Shown in pieces: positions 11,382 through 23,556 of a DNA stretch of 64,000 nt. Made by a program: the position numbers and the translations under genes. The number at the start of each line of letters is the position of its first letter. Within the stretch, counting starts at the first letter, position 1. The notes below the pieces were generated by a model. That model had not been told where the DNA came from. It saw nothing but the letters and a program-made list of their open reading frames with translations, and searched no databases. The stretch is taken from the NCBI GenBank assembly GCA_964016885.1, contig OZ024757.1, positions 34,720,001 to 34,784,000 on the forward strand, written 5' to 3'. The DNA is from Eledone cirrhosa. Its lineage: Eukaryota.

Positions 11382-14324
11382 ATGGAAAACAGAGTGTGTG
11401 AGAAGATAAAATCTGAAACACTGTCTAAAAGGATAAATATTCCAGATGAGATGCTGAAGGATAGAGGAGAGAAGCCATATCACTGTAATATCTGTAAAAA
11501 GTCATTCTCTTATAATAGCCACTTAACTAAACACAAACATGTACATACAGGAGACAAGCCATATCACTGTAATATCTGTGGTAAATCATTCTCTCAAAAA
11601 GGAATCTTAACTAGACACAAATCTATACATACAGGGGAGAAGCCATATCACTGTAATATCTGTGGTAAATCATTCTCTCTGAAAGGAAGCTTAACATCAC
11701 ACAAATCTATACATACAGGAGACAAGCCATATCACTGTGATATCTGCAGTAAATCTTTCTCTGAATCAGCTTCATTAACTACTCACAAATATGTACATAC
11801 AGGAGAGAGGCCATATCACTGTGAGCTCTGTAAAAAGTCATTCTCTTATAAGAGCAACTTAACTACACACAAACGTATACATACAGGTGACAAGCCATAT
11901 CACTGTGATATCTGTGGTAAATCTTTCTCTGATTCAAGTTCATTAACTACTCACAAACGTGTACATACAGGTGAGAAGCCATATCGCTGTGATATCTGCG
12001 GTAAATCTTTCTCTGTATCAGGTTCATTAACTACTCACAAACGTTTACATACAGGAGAGAAGCCATATCACTGTGATATCTGCAGTAAATCTTTCTCTCT
12101 ATCAAGTTCATTAACTACTCACAAACGTATACATACAGACGACAAGCCATATCACTGTGATATCTGTGGTAAATTATTCTCCCAAAAAGGAAACTTAACT
12201 TCACACAAATCTATACATACAGGAGACAAGCCATATCACTGTGAAATCTGTGATAAATCCTTCTCTGAAAGAAGTACATTAACTAGACACAAACGAACAC
12301 ATACAGGTGAGAAGCCATATCACTGTGATATCTGCAGTAAATCTTTCTCTGAATCAGCTTCATTAACTACTCACAAATATGTACATACAGGAGAGAGGCC
12401 ATATCACTGTGAGCTCTGTAAAAAGTCATTCTCTCATAAGAGCAACTTAACTACACACAAACGTATACATACAGGTGACAAGCCATATCACTGTGATATC
12501 TGTGGTAAATCTTTCTCTAATTCAAGTTCATTAACTACTCACAAACATGTACATACAGGTGAGAAGCCATATCGCTGTGATATCTGCGGTAAATCTTTCT
12601 CTGTATCAGGTTCATTAACTACTCACAAACGTTTACATACAGGAGAGAAGCCATATCACTGTGATATCTGCAGTAAATCTTTCTCTGTATCAAGTTCATT
12701 AACTACTCACAAACGTATACATACAGACGACAAGCCATATCACTATGATATCTGTGGTAAATTATTCTCCCAAAAAGGAAACTTAACTTCACACAAATCT
12801 ATACATACAGGAGACAAGCCATATCACTGTGAAATCTGTGGTAAATCATTCTCTCTGAAAGGAAGCTTAACATCACACAAATCTATACATACAGGAGACA
12901 AGCCATATCACTGTAATATCTGTGGTAAATCATTCTCTCAAAAAGGAAACTTAACTACTCACAAACGTGTACATACAGGTGAGAAGCCATATCGCTGTGA
13001 TATCTGCGGTAAATCTTTCTCTGTATCAGGTTCATTAACTACTCACAAACGTATACATACAGACGACAAGCCATATCACTGTGATATCTGTGGTAAATTA
13101 TTCTCCCAAAAAGGAAACTTAACTTCACACAAATCTATACATACAGGAGACAAGCCATATCACTGTGAAATCTGTGATAAATCCTTCTCTGAAAGAAGTA
13201 CATTAACTAGACACAAACGAACACATACAGGTGAGAAGCCATATCACTGTGAGCTCTGTAAAAAGTCATTCTCTCATAAGAGCAACTTAACTACACACAA
13301 ACGTATACATACAGGTGACAAGCCATATCACTGTGATATCTGTGGTAAATCTTTCTCTAATTCAAGTTCATTAACTACTCACAAACATGTACATACAGGT
13401 GAGAAGCCATATCGCTGTGATATCTGCGGTAAATCTTTCTCTGTATCAGGTTCATTAACTACTCACAAACGTTTACATACAGGAGAGAAGCCATATCACT
13501 GTGATATCTGCAGTAAATCTTTCTCTGTATCAAGTTCATTAACTACTCACAAACGTATACATACAGACGACAAGCCATATCACTGTGATATCTGTGGTAA
13601 ATTATTCTCCCAAAAAGGAAACTTAACTTCACACAAATCTATACATACAGGAGACAAGCCATATCACTGTGAAATCTGTGATAAATCCTTCTCTGAAAGA
13701 AGTACATTAACTAGACACAAACGAACACATACAGGTGAGAAGCCATATCACTGTGAGCTCTGTAAAAAGTCATTCTCTCATAAGAGCAACTTAACTACAC
13801 ACAAACGTATACATACAGGTGACAAGCCATATCACTGTGATATCTGTGGTAAATCTTTCTCTAATTCAAGTTCATTAACTACTCACAAACATGTACATAC
13901 AGGTGAGAAGCCATATCGCTGTGATATCTGCGGTAAATCTTTCTCTGTATCAGGTTCATTAACTACTCACAAACGTTTACATACAGGAGAGAAGCCATAT
14001 CACTGTGATATCTGCAGTAAATCTTTCTCTGTATCAAGTTCATTAACTACTCACAAACGTATACATACAGACGACAAGCCATATCACTATGATATCTGTG
14101 GTAAATTATTCTCCCAAAAAGGAAACTTAACTTCACACAAATCTATACATACAGGAGACAAGCCATATCACTGTGAAATCTGTGATAAATCCTTCTCTGA
14201 AAGAAGTAATTTAATTAGACACAAACGAACACATACAGGTGAGAAGCCATATCACTGTGATATCTGTGGTAAATTATTCTCCCAAAGTTGTCACTTAACT
14301 ACTCACAAACATAAACATACATGA
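11382..14324 (+). CDS. Tandem C2H2 zinc-finger protein, 34 fingers (ZNF1 here)
   Basis: 980-aa ORF: 33-aa leader plus 28-aa CxxC-x12-HxxxH repeats with TGEKPY linkers; fingers 16 and 32 have C->Y. Confidence 0.93.
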   Translation: MENRVCEKIKSETLSKRINIPDEMLKDRGEKPYHCNICKKSFSYNSHLTKHKHVHTGDKPYHCNICGKSFSQKGILTRHKSIHTGEKPYHCNICGKSFSLKGSLTSHKSIHTGDKPYHCDICSKSFSESASLTTHKYVHTGERPYHCELCKKSFSYKSNLTTHKRIHTGDKPYHCDICGKSFSDSSSLTTHKRVHTGEKPYRCDICGKSFSVSGSLTTHKRLHTGEKPYHCDICSKSFSLSSSLTTHKRIHTDDKPYHCDICGKLFSQKGNLTSHKSIHTGDKPYHCEICDKSFSERSTLTRHKRTHTGEKPYHCDICSKSFSESASLTTHKYVHTGERPYHCELCKKSFSHKSNLTTHKRIHTGDKPYHCDICGKSFSNSSSLTTHKHVHTGEKPYRCDICGKSFSVSGSLTTHKRLHTGEKPYHCDICSKSFSVSSSLTTHKRIHTDDKPYHYDICGKLFSQKGNLTSHKSIHTGDKPYHCEICGKSFSLKGSLTSHKSIHTGDKPYHCNICGKSFSQKGNLTTHKRVHTGEKPYRCDICGKSFSVSGSLTTHKRIHTDDKPYHCDICGKLFSQKGNLTSHKSIHTGDKPYHCEICDKSFSERSTLTRHKRTHTGEKPYHCELCKKSFSHKSNLTTHKRIHTGDKPYHCDICGKSFSNSSSLTTHKHVHTGEKPYRCDICGKSFSVSGSLTTHKRLHTGEKPYHCDICSKSFSVSSSLTTHKRIHTDDKPYHCDICGKLFSQKGNLTSHKSIHTGDKPYHCEICDKSFSERSTLTRHKRTHTGEKPYHCELCKKSFSHKSNLTTHKRIHTGDKPYHCDICGKSFSNSSSLTTHKHVHTGEKPYRCDICGKSFSVSGSLTTHKRLHTGEKPYHCDICSKSFSVSSSLTTHKRIHTDDKPYHYDICGKLFSQKGNLTSHKSIHTGDKPYHCEICDKSFSERSNLIRHKRTHTGEKPYHCDICGKLFSQSCHLTTHKHKHT

Positions 14325-14530
14325 GAGAGACCATATCAATGTGATATCTGGTGAATGATTCTCTAAATGTTGTGTCTTCACTAGACACTAACATACAGGA
14401 GAGTGACCATATCACTGTAATCTTTGTGGTAAATAATTCTGTTGTAAAAAGTTACTTAATAAATCACCATCTGACAAGATAAAAACTAACATTTACCCAC
14501 AATAGTGTCACCAATGTTGTAAATGTTTTG

Positions 14531-14610
14531 AATAAAATTGGTTTACTAAGAAATTATTCTCCTCTCATTTTTTTTGTAGCAGTTGTAACTAAGACTTGTG
14601 CTGACAAAAC
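14531..14610 (+). terminator. Putative polyadenylation block of ZNF1; equivalents start at 21812, 32925 and 59462
   Basis: AATAAA plus conserved downstream block after decayed finger remnants. Confidence 0.5.
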
Positions 14611-14644
14611 TATGGTTCAGAATTTACAAACAATATATATATAT

Positions 14645-14851
14645 AGAATGAGAAAATGCAAGGTAGTTTCAGATGTTAAAGTCCTTTATTGATAATGCTG
14701 TGATTCCGTGTACCCAGTGCCGTGACATCCTTAAGATGTCACGGCACTGGGTACACGGAATCTTGTGGCCACTGTCGTCATTGAAATATGTATCACAGCA
14801 TTATCATTAAAGGACTTTAACATCTGAAACTACTTCGCATTTTCTCATTCT
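14645..14851. repeat. Nested inverted repeat, probably a Penelope-like inverted pLTR remnant
   Basis: ~58-bp outer arms; perfect 28-bp inner arms (14702-14729 / 14735-14762); starts in a TA run; contains GAAATATGTATC, like the 3' half of a hammerhead. Confidence 0.7.
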
Positions 14852-15549
14852 AAATATACTCCATTTTTTCCTATGTGGAAAAAATGCGTTGGGTTCTTGA
14901 TTAGAATTGCATCAATATTTACCGTATATTGCATCAATATTTACCATATATGTACTCACTTACATATACACATACATATGAGTGCATATGTATGTGTAGA
15001 TATTTGTGTCCATATATATGTTTGTATATAAGTATGTGTATATGTATGTGAGTATATTTACATCATCATCGTTTTTACGTCCATTTTTCCTGCTTGCATG
15101 TGTTGGATGTCCTTCTCAACACGGCTTCTCTCCACTCATCACCTTCTTTCATCATCTCCTCTGTGAGTCTCAGAGATTTGAGGTCAGTTCTCACCATAGT
15201 TGCCTATGTCTTTCTTATCCTTATTCTAGCTATTATTCTCTCGGGGCAACTTCCTGCTCTGCTAATTAAGTCACCTAGATTGCAGAAGCTATCAACCACT
15301 TCTACGTGGGTATAATTATATATTTATGTGTTCATGTGTATAATCCTTCTAATGACAATTTTATTTCTATTATTTGAAGTCTTTATATAACATACCAGTA
15401 ATAGGTTTTCCACAGAGTAATTAAAGCATGCAAGATTGCACAGCTCTAGCATCACCATCACTTCTTCATAGTTAGCCTATGAACTTTTCAGCCTACCTTC
15501 ATGTGTGTGTTTGTTTATATATATATAGTGTTATTTCTGTTTACCTGTT

Positions 15550-15586
<37 letters not shown>

Positions 15587-15587
15587 C

Positions 15588-16180
15588 AGGGTGTGGACGA
15601 TATTTGTTCGCAAGATTACTGTCTAGGAAAAAATAAGTCAGTAGTTTTATTTTTTAAGATATATTTATCAAACTTGGGTCAGTTTCTCTTCATGACTTGT
15701 TCTTTCGATCTCACTCGATAAACCCGCCATTGGCTTTGATGACGGCCTAAAGGCGACCTCGGAACCGGCTACAGGCACTTGTGATCCTGGCCTTCAGATC
15801 GTCTTTCGTATTGCAGCTAGATCTTTTGTTGTCTCGTTCCACTGCGCCCCACACAAAGAACTCGAGGGGGTTGCAGTCAGGTGAAGTGTGGTTGACGAAG
15901 TTCTCTGACAGCCAGGCTTGGCTCTTTCGGCTGGTATGGCAGGGCGCTGAGTCTTGCTGCCACACGTACGGCTTACCTGCAGCTACCTCGCTCAGAACGC
16001 GGATGTAGCCATCGGTGTTCAGCTTGAGGCCCTCAGGGAAGAAGAGAGGTGGCATGACGTCACCTTGACTGCTGACGACACCTAAGTCCAATGTTGTCGC
16101 TGGAAACTTTGTCTGCATGACTCTGAGCACGTCTTTGGATGAGACAGCGAGCCACCTGTTGTTCTGGGAGTTTTTCTTCA
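15588..16180 (-). mobile_element. Tc1/mariner (maT/DD37D-like) transposase 3' half
   Basis: WQQDSAPCH and SPDCNPLEFFVWGAV motifs; end TA|CAGGGTG; other end missing. Confidence 0.85.
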
Positions 16181-16730
16181 TGAATAAAATACGATTGGAA
16201 CTGTTTCAGTATTTTAAATTATATCAGGGACTTTTAACGTATGACACCGGCAAGCGAGTTGAAAATTGTCAACGTCACTGCGTACCTGCTGTCTAATCTA
16301 ATTATATCTTGCTAATCTAATTATATCTTGTGTACCGACATCAGTCTTACACTGTCATATCTATTCTTACTTCACAATTGTGTCTACTAAGAGTTCCATT
16401 ATAATCTGTAGTAGAAAAACGACTATTTCACCAGAACATCTGCTATCAGTCATTTATGGACAATATATATATATATATTAGACCACATATCAACCTAATA
16501 TATACATATTTCCTATTAAATCTCTGGCTAAAAACATAAATATTTTGAAGGTAATTCAAGAATTTTTATCATGATTACGTTTTTTTCACTAATTTTTTGT
16601 TCTAATTTAAAAATATTTCTGACTAACTTTTCTATATTTTGTGTTATAAACCGTCTAAAAATTGTTATTCATACCAGGCCAGGAAATATAAATTAAATTT
16701 ACAAATGAGATTATATACACACGTCAAAAA
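16179..16730 (+). promoter_or_regulatory. Conserved ZNF upstream module (ZNF2), 5'-truncated by the mariner
   Basis: Near-identical to 7697-8240. Confidence 0.5.
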
Positions 16731-16987
16731 ATGTATATATATGGATAATGTATAGAAAAGAAAGAAAATTATGTATTTACGTACTTCATATATAGGAATG
16801 TATGTCTGTGTTTATATGTATGTACCTTTATGTACTCACACACACACACACACACATATATATATACTAACACACCTTGGTATAGGAATATCTGTGGATG
16901 CATGTATCTAAATCTGTTTGTGGAAGTATAGTTTGTGTGTGTGTGTGTTAGTGTGTATATATATTTTTAATAATTTCTATACTTTTC

Positions 16988-17027
<40 letters not shown>

Positions 17028-17089
17028 CGGCGATGGATTAGTTTTGCGAAGTTTTTGATATGACCCTCCCCAAGTATAACAATATATAT

Positions 17090-17203
17090 AGGAATAAAGT
17101 ATGACCCCGGCGGCAGAGCTCAAGCCGTTTCGACGGCTATTTCAGTACAGAAATAGCCGTCGAAACGGCTTGAGCTCTGCCGTCGGGGTCATACTTTTTT
17201 CCT
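17090..17203. repeat. ~54-bp-arm hairpin, probably an inverted Penelope-like pLTR fragment
   Basis: aggaataaagtatgaccccggcggcagagctcaagccgtttcgacggctatttc-agtaca-reverse complement; lies in a TA-flanked insert. Confidence 0.75.
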
Positions 17204-17528
17204 ATTACCCACTCTACTACCCTAAGTATTGAGTACTCTGGTGCGTTATGGTCCATCTGGTTCCTTACCACAATTCCTTTGTTATATATATATATAAATT
17301 GAAGGATGAGTATTTTAAACTTTATTTTATTCTGAGTTAGGGCTCTATTGATTTTTCCCTGGATTTCACTAAATTCTGAGGATGAATCTATGTCCTGATT
17401 CTTTTTGAATTGAGTTTGAATTGTTTTCCCACATCTTACGTTAACTATTTTTCTATTTTGATGCGATAGTCACTTATATATTATGGAATACTGTTGGCTT
17501 CTTGCTCACAATAATTTCTATACTTTTC

Positions 17529-17575
<47 letters not shown>

Positions 17576-17583
17576 TATGTGTA

Positions 17584-17775
17584 TCATCATCATTTCCGTT
17601 TGACGTCTATTTTTCCACGTTTGCATGGGTTAGACTGGTCGTCCACGCCTGGAGGCAACTCTGGCCAAGGTTAGCCATGTGTCACACCTTGCTCTGGTGA
17701 GGACTGTATATTTGGCTGGGTATTTTACAGCTGGATGCGCTTCCTAAATACCAACCATGTTTACGGTGTGGAACT
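17584..17775 (-). mobile_element. SINE 3' part with Meta-domain-like core and (ATG)n tail; related copies at 26435-26610 (-) and 50097-50303 (+)
   Basis: TGGTTGGT(A/G)TTAGGAAGGGCATCCAGCTGTAAAA-like core and RTE-like ccatgc..gatgatgat tail. Confidence 0.6.
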
Positions 17776-18039
17776 GGATGGCTCCGTTGTGAGGAGGGAC
17801 AGGCCAGTTGGAACCATGTTCTCGGAGCCCGGTACTGGATGGCACCAATATGAGTTCTCGCCAGTGTTCATTTATCTAAATATAAAAACGATGTATATAT
17901 ATATATCCAGGGAGTATAACATGATGTTTAGCTTCACGTCAAGGTGTAGAGCTAAACGGTGTAAATATAATAATTGTAGCAATTTATGATTGTATTGCTG
18001 CACCAGTCATTGATTATGATTCTGTCTTGTATTACCTGA

Positions 18040-18940
18040 TTGACTATACAGGTTTGAGTCCTATGTCTCCGAATGCTTTTAGCATCTCGGTAACTATCTT
18101 TGATGCTTCCGTGGGTTTACCATTCTTCATTTCCTTGATTGCTTCTTTGACCCTAAAACTGTCAACTTCAATAGCTGCTCCCTCTGTTGGTTAAGTTGGA
18201 GGAAGTTTCTCTTCCTCTCAATTCTTCTTTACATACGTAGTGTCAGAGATCTCAGTCCTGTGTCATCACCTTTGAGACGTCCAATTGTGAAAGGTCAGCT
18301 TTTATCACCTCTTCATAAATTTCTTAGGTCTTTCTACTCCATAGCTTCCTTCAATATTGAGCACACTTCTTGTGCAACTATCATCTTTTATGTGCATCAC
18401 ATGTCTATACCAATGTAATCTCCTATCCTGCACACTGCATCTTATCCCTCTTATGCCTAATTCCTCTCTCAGTCCATTCATGCTTTGCCGTTCATGTTAC
18501 ACATCCATTGAGGTATGCAAGCTTCAGTTCTTTCCAATATTTGCAGGTCCTCTCCATAGAGCACTCACGCCTCACTCCCTGAACTTTTTTATCCTGTTCT
18601 CACTCTGTCTACTGTAATTTAAGAATACCCACCTCCACTGCTTATTTGATCACTCTGGTAACAGAAGCTGTCTACTTCTTCTACGGAAACATCCAAGAAT
18701 TTGATGGAGCTTGTTTGCTGCCTACTGCTCTTGTGCCAACACAAAGCAAGGCCATTTCTCTGAGGGGTTCAGGGTCCTGTTTTCCCTTCTACTTACTAGG
18801 TTGTTAGTCTTTGTCAGGTTGACTTTAAGACCCTTTGATCCTAGGCCATGTTTTCAGATTTTGAATTTCTTTTCTAATTCTGCCATACATTCAGCTATAA
18901 GTGTTAGATCAGGAGTCCCCATGAGCAGCCAGTCTTAAAC
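18040..18940 (-). mobile_element. Degenerate RTE LINE fragments, duplicated at 29160-30020
   Basis: Matching ORF-track peptides in both copies; GLESKGLKVNL.KT-like remnants on the minus strand. Confidence 0.7.
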
Positions 18941-19768
18941 ACTGTAACACTGTCTTAGGGGTGACTTACTTTGTTTCTTGGGCATATTTTAAAACCTGAT
19001 GGAGCCCACCTTCTCTCTCCAGGTCTGAACACAATTGATACCTGGATAAAACTTGAAGGGAAATCAGATATTGTATTGATCTATATAGACTCCTAATTCC
19101 TGGTCTAAACACAGCTGATTCTCCCAGAGAAGGAGAGAGAGAGAGTGATAGAGAAGAAGTGAGAAAGGGATATAGAGAAACATTTGACTCCTGCTAATAA
19201 AAAGGTGGAGGTTAAACTGGTGTTGACATGTTATCAGGAGAGCAAGGAATAGTTATGTTAGAAAGTCCTAGAAGAGTGAATTTCCTGGGAAAATGCCACA
19301 GAGGAGACCTCCCAAGAGATAGAAGGATAACATGCTGGAATACCACTGCTCTGGACAGGAAAGTTGATATATAGTTTACCAATATTCAAATATAGAATTT
19401 CCACTGTTAAATCTATCTCTGCTTTTTAAGTATTCTCTATTATCTCATACTGTTTCTTTCTTATTTCAGAATACCAGATGTCATTGGGATTAATTAATTT
19501 TTTAACCTTGGATACATCACCAATATTTATCATCATTTTATAACTAAATCTATTTATACAGAAGTGATATAATACTGTTTATATTCTTCGCTATGAGATA
19601 TATTTTGTATTTTAACTAAACTTGGATAACAAAGAAGTTTACATTATCGGAAGATATTAACTGAGATCACAGTTGAGGGAAATATCAAAGAAATATTTTT
19701 TAGGAATATATTATAAAAAATATTACAAGAAAAACAGCTGTATATTTTGTTGAGAAGAAAGGAACAAG

Positions 19769-21472
19769 ATGGAAAATAAATTCAGTGAGAAGATAAGATG
19801 TGAAACACTGTCTAAAAGGATGAAAATTCCAGATGAGATTACAAAGGATACAGAAGAGAAGCCATATCACTGTGACATCTGTAAAAAGTCATTCTTTAAT
19901 AAGAGCAACTTAACTAAGCATAAATGTGTACTTACAGGAGAGAAGCCACATCACTGTGATATCTGTGGTAAATCATTCTCTCAAAAAGGAGGGTTGATAA
20001 AGCACAAACATGTACATACAGGAGAGAAGCCATATCACTGTGATATCTGTGGTAAATCATTCTCTCAAAAAGGACACTTAATATATCACAAATTTATACA
20101 TACAGGAGAGAAACCATATCATTGTGATATCTGTGGTAAATCATTCTCTCACAGTAGTACCTTAACATCTCACAAACGTATACATACAGGAGACAGGCCA
20201 TATCACTGTGATATCTGTGGTAAATCTTTCTCTTATTCAAGTTCATTAACATATCACCTATCTATACATACAGGAGAGAAACAATATCAGTGTGATATCT
20301 GTAGTAAATCATTCTTTCAAAAAGGAAGCTTGATAAAGCACAAACTTATACATGCAGGAGAAAAGCCATATCACTGTGATATCTGTGGTAAATCATTCTC
20401 TCAAAGCAGTCACTTAACTTCCCATAAACATATACATACAGGAGACAAACCATATCACTGTGATATCTGTGGTAAATCATTCTCTCAAAGTAGTCACTTA
20501 ACTTCCCATAAATGTATACATACAGGTTACATGCCATATCAGTGTGAAATCTGTGGTAAATCATTCTCTGCAAGTAGTCGCTTAACTTCTCACAAATGTA
20601 TACATGCAGGAGAGAAGCCATATCACTGTGATATTTGTGGTAAATCATTCTCTCAAAAAAAAAGCTTGATAGCGCACAAACTTATACATACAGGAGAAAA
20701 GCCATATCACTGTGATATCTGTGGTAAATCATTCTCTCAAAAAAAAAGCTTGATAACGCACAAACTTATACATACAGGAGAAAAGCCATATCACTGTGAT
20801 ATCTGTGGTAAATCATTCTCTGTTAGTTGTACCTTAACTAGACACAAACATGTACATACAGGCGGCAAGCCATATCACTGTGATATATGTGGTAAATCAT
20901 TCTCTCAAAGTATTTACTTAACTAGACACAAACATGTACATACAGGAGACAAGCCATATCACTGTGATATCTGTGGTAAATCATTCTCTCAAAGTATTCA
21001 CTTAACTAGACACAAACATGTACATACAGGACACAAGCCATATCACTGTGATATCTGTGGTAAATCATTCTCTCAAAGTAGTGACTTAACTAGACACAAA
21101 CGTATTCATACAGGAGACAAGCCATATCACTGTGATATCTGTGGTGATTCTTTTTCTGTATCAGGTTCATTAACTTCTCACAAACGTATACATACAGGTG
21201 AGAAGCCATATCACTGTGATATATGTGGTAAATCATTCTCTCAAAAAGGACACTTAACATCTCACAAATCTCTACATACTGGAGAGAAACCATATCACTG
21301 TGATATCTGTGGTAAATCATTCTCTCAAAAAGGACACTTAACATCTCACAAATCTCTACATACTGGAGAGAAACCATATCACTGTGATATCTGTGGTAAA
21401 TCATTCTCTCAAAGTAGTCACTTTAATTCCCACAAACATATACATAACAGGAGACATGTCATATCACTGTGA
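19769..21472 (+). CDS. Tandem C2H2 zinc-finger protein, 19 fingers (ZNF2 here)
   Basis: 567-aa ORF; first finger lacks its last His; ends by a frameshift after finger 19. Confidence 0.92.
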   Translation: MENKFSEKIRCETLSKRMKIPDEITKDTEEKPYHCDICKKSFFNKSNLTKHKCVLTGEKPHHCDICGKSFSQKGGLIKHKHVHTGEKPYHCDICGKSFSQKGHLIYHKFIHTGEKPYHCDICGKSFSHSSTLTSHKRIHTGDRPYHCDICGKSFSYSSSLTYHLSIHTGEKQYQCDICSKSFFQKGSLIKHKLIHAGEKPYHCDICGKSFSQSSHLTSHKHIHTGDKPYHCDICGKSFSQSSHLTSHKCIHTGYMPYQCEICGKSFSASSRLTSHKCIHAGEKPYHCDICGKSFSQKKSLIAHKLIHTGEKPYHCDICGKSFSQKKSLITHKLIHTGEKPYHCDICGKSFSVSCTLTRHKHVHTGGKPYHCDICGKSFSQSIYLTRHKHVHTGDKPYHCDICGKSFSQSIHLTRHKHVHTGHKPYHCDICGKSFSQSSDLTRHKRIHTGDKPYHCDICGDSFSVSGSLTSHKRIHTGEKPYHCDICGKSFSQKGHLTSHKSLHTGEKPYHCDICGKSFSQKGHLTSHKSLHTGEKPYHCDICGKSFSQSSHFNSHKHIHNRRHVISL

Positions 21473-22599
21473 TATCAATGTAGTTACTTAACTTCTCACA
21501 AACATATACATACAAGAGAGAAGCAATATCATTGTGAGATCTGTGGTAAATCATTCTCTTAAAATTGTGAATTATTGAGACACAAATAAATATCAGTGTG
21601 ATATCTGTGGGAAATCATTCTCTTTGATATTGAAAATGACTCTCTAAATGTTGTGGCTTTACTAGATACTAACATATCCAGGAGACAAACCATATTACTG
21701 TGATGTCTGTGGGAAATAATTCTCTTGTAAAGGTTACTTAATGCAACACAATCACAATCAGACAAGATAAAAACCATATCACTTAGGCAAAATAGTGCCT
21801 CTAATGTTTTGAATAAAACTGTTTTACTAAGAAATTATTCTCCTTTCATTTTATTTGTAGAAGTTGTAACCAAGACTTTTGCTTACAAAACTATATGATT
21901 CAGATTTACAAACATTATCTCTCTCTCTATATATATATACATATATGTATGTGTAAAAATGTGTATATAAGTATGTGCATATCTGTATTTGAGTATGCAT
22001 GTGTGTATATGTATCTCATCTTCAACACTGTTTATCCATGCTTACTTGGGTTGGACAGGTCCTTCTCTACATGGTATCTTCCCACACGTGTTCCTTCATC
22101 ATCTCCTCCATGTGAACCTGATTTGAAGTCAGTTCACACAGCCTCTGTCTAGGTCTCTCTTGGTCTACCTCTATTACAGCTTCCTTTCACTGGGATTTCC
22201 TGGCATTTCTTCACCCAGCAATCATTACCCATGTGCATCACATGTCCATACAGACAGTCTTCTCTCTTGCACACCACTTAATATCCCTCCGAAGCCCAGC
22301 TTCTCCCTCAACTTGTCCAAGCTCTGCCTTTCTCTCACACTTACAAGGCATGTCCAATGAAGCATGGTTGCTTCATTTCTCTCCAGTTACTTGTCCTCAT
22401 GCAGGATCACATTTTGCCTACAGGTGTCATACAGTCATCCTTTTGTACAGAGAGAGAAACCTTTTGTGGTTAACAGTTGAAGTAGGTCTCTAAACTTTTT
22501 CCATCTTTATCCTTGTTCTAGCAATTCTTCTCTCAGAACACCCCCCTCCATCGCTAATTAAGTCACCTAGATTGCAAAGCTATCAACCACTTCTACGTG

Positions 22600-22980
22600 T
22601 GTATAATTACATGTGTATCTATATTTTTATGTGTATATTTACATGTTCATATATATATGTGTATATATCTATGTATATATGTATATATATCTATGTATAT
22701 ATGTATATATATCTATGTATATATTTATATATTCATGTATATATCTATGTATATATGTGTATATATCTATGTATATATGTGAATATATCTATGTATATAT
22801 GTATATATATCTATGTATATATTTATATATTCATGTATATATCTATGTATATATGTGTATATATCTATGTATATATGTGAATATATCTATGTAGATATGT
22901 GTATATATGTATATATATCTATATATATATGTGTATATATCTGTATATATGTATATATATCTATGTATATATGTATATGT
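22600..22980. repeat. TA-rich compound microsatellite with an internal duplicated block
   Basis: Repeating tatatatctatgta variants. Confidence 0.85.
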
Positions 22981-23083
22981 AGATTTGCAGTATTTGTTCC
23001 AGCTCTCAACTCTCAGGGTTTAAATGCCACTGAGGTCAACTTTACTGCTATTATTTGAGGTTTTTAAATAATATACCAGTTAA

Positions 23084-23556
23084 GTAATAGACACCTGTTT
23101 TCTACATAACCAGATAATCCCATCTGACACATTTTGTTTTGCTACTTCCAACATAGGTTGACCACATGAAGGGCAGACTTTTTGTGTATTCAGAAGTCCT
23201 TGATTTTTCAACCAATTGATGGTATCTGCTGTAGTAGCGGTAGCGATGGAATGATCGCGATGGTTAATTCCATTAACACTTGGATATATTATAGAATTCA
23301 TATTTATCTACTTGCAAATGCGTGTATTATCACAAAGTGAAGATTAAAGTTTATTTATTTACACGTGGTGTTGGTGATGATTGTTGCTGATTGGTGGGAA
23401 TTGTTTCCATGGGGACTGTCTCTTGTCTCCAAGGGCACTGTATCCATGCTTTTGAATAAGGTTGGTGAAAATAATTTTTCTAAACATTTTTTCATAAATA
23501 TATAGGGTTGGTGAAAAAAATTTGATAACCATAATTTGGCCCTTTCAAGGGCCACC
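23084..23556 (-). mobile_element. Merlin/IS1595-like transposase 5' fragment (second family)
   Basis: WLKNQGLL...CPSCGQPM......SDGIIWLCRK N-terminal motif; probable terminus GGTGGCCC; absent at the paralogous site near 33670. Confidence 0.65.

Noticed and set aside
22572-23058. Tyr/Ile/Met-rich ORFs (also 41671-42042 and 43839-45013)
   Set aside because: Translations of microsatellite and low-complexity DNA
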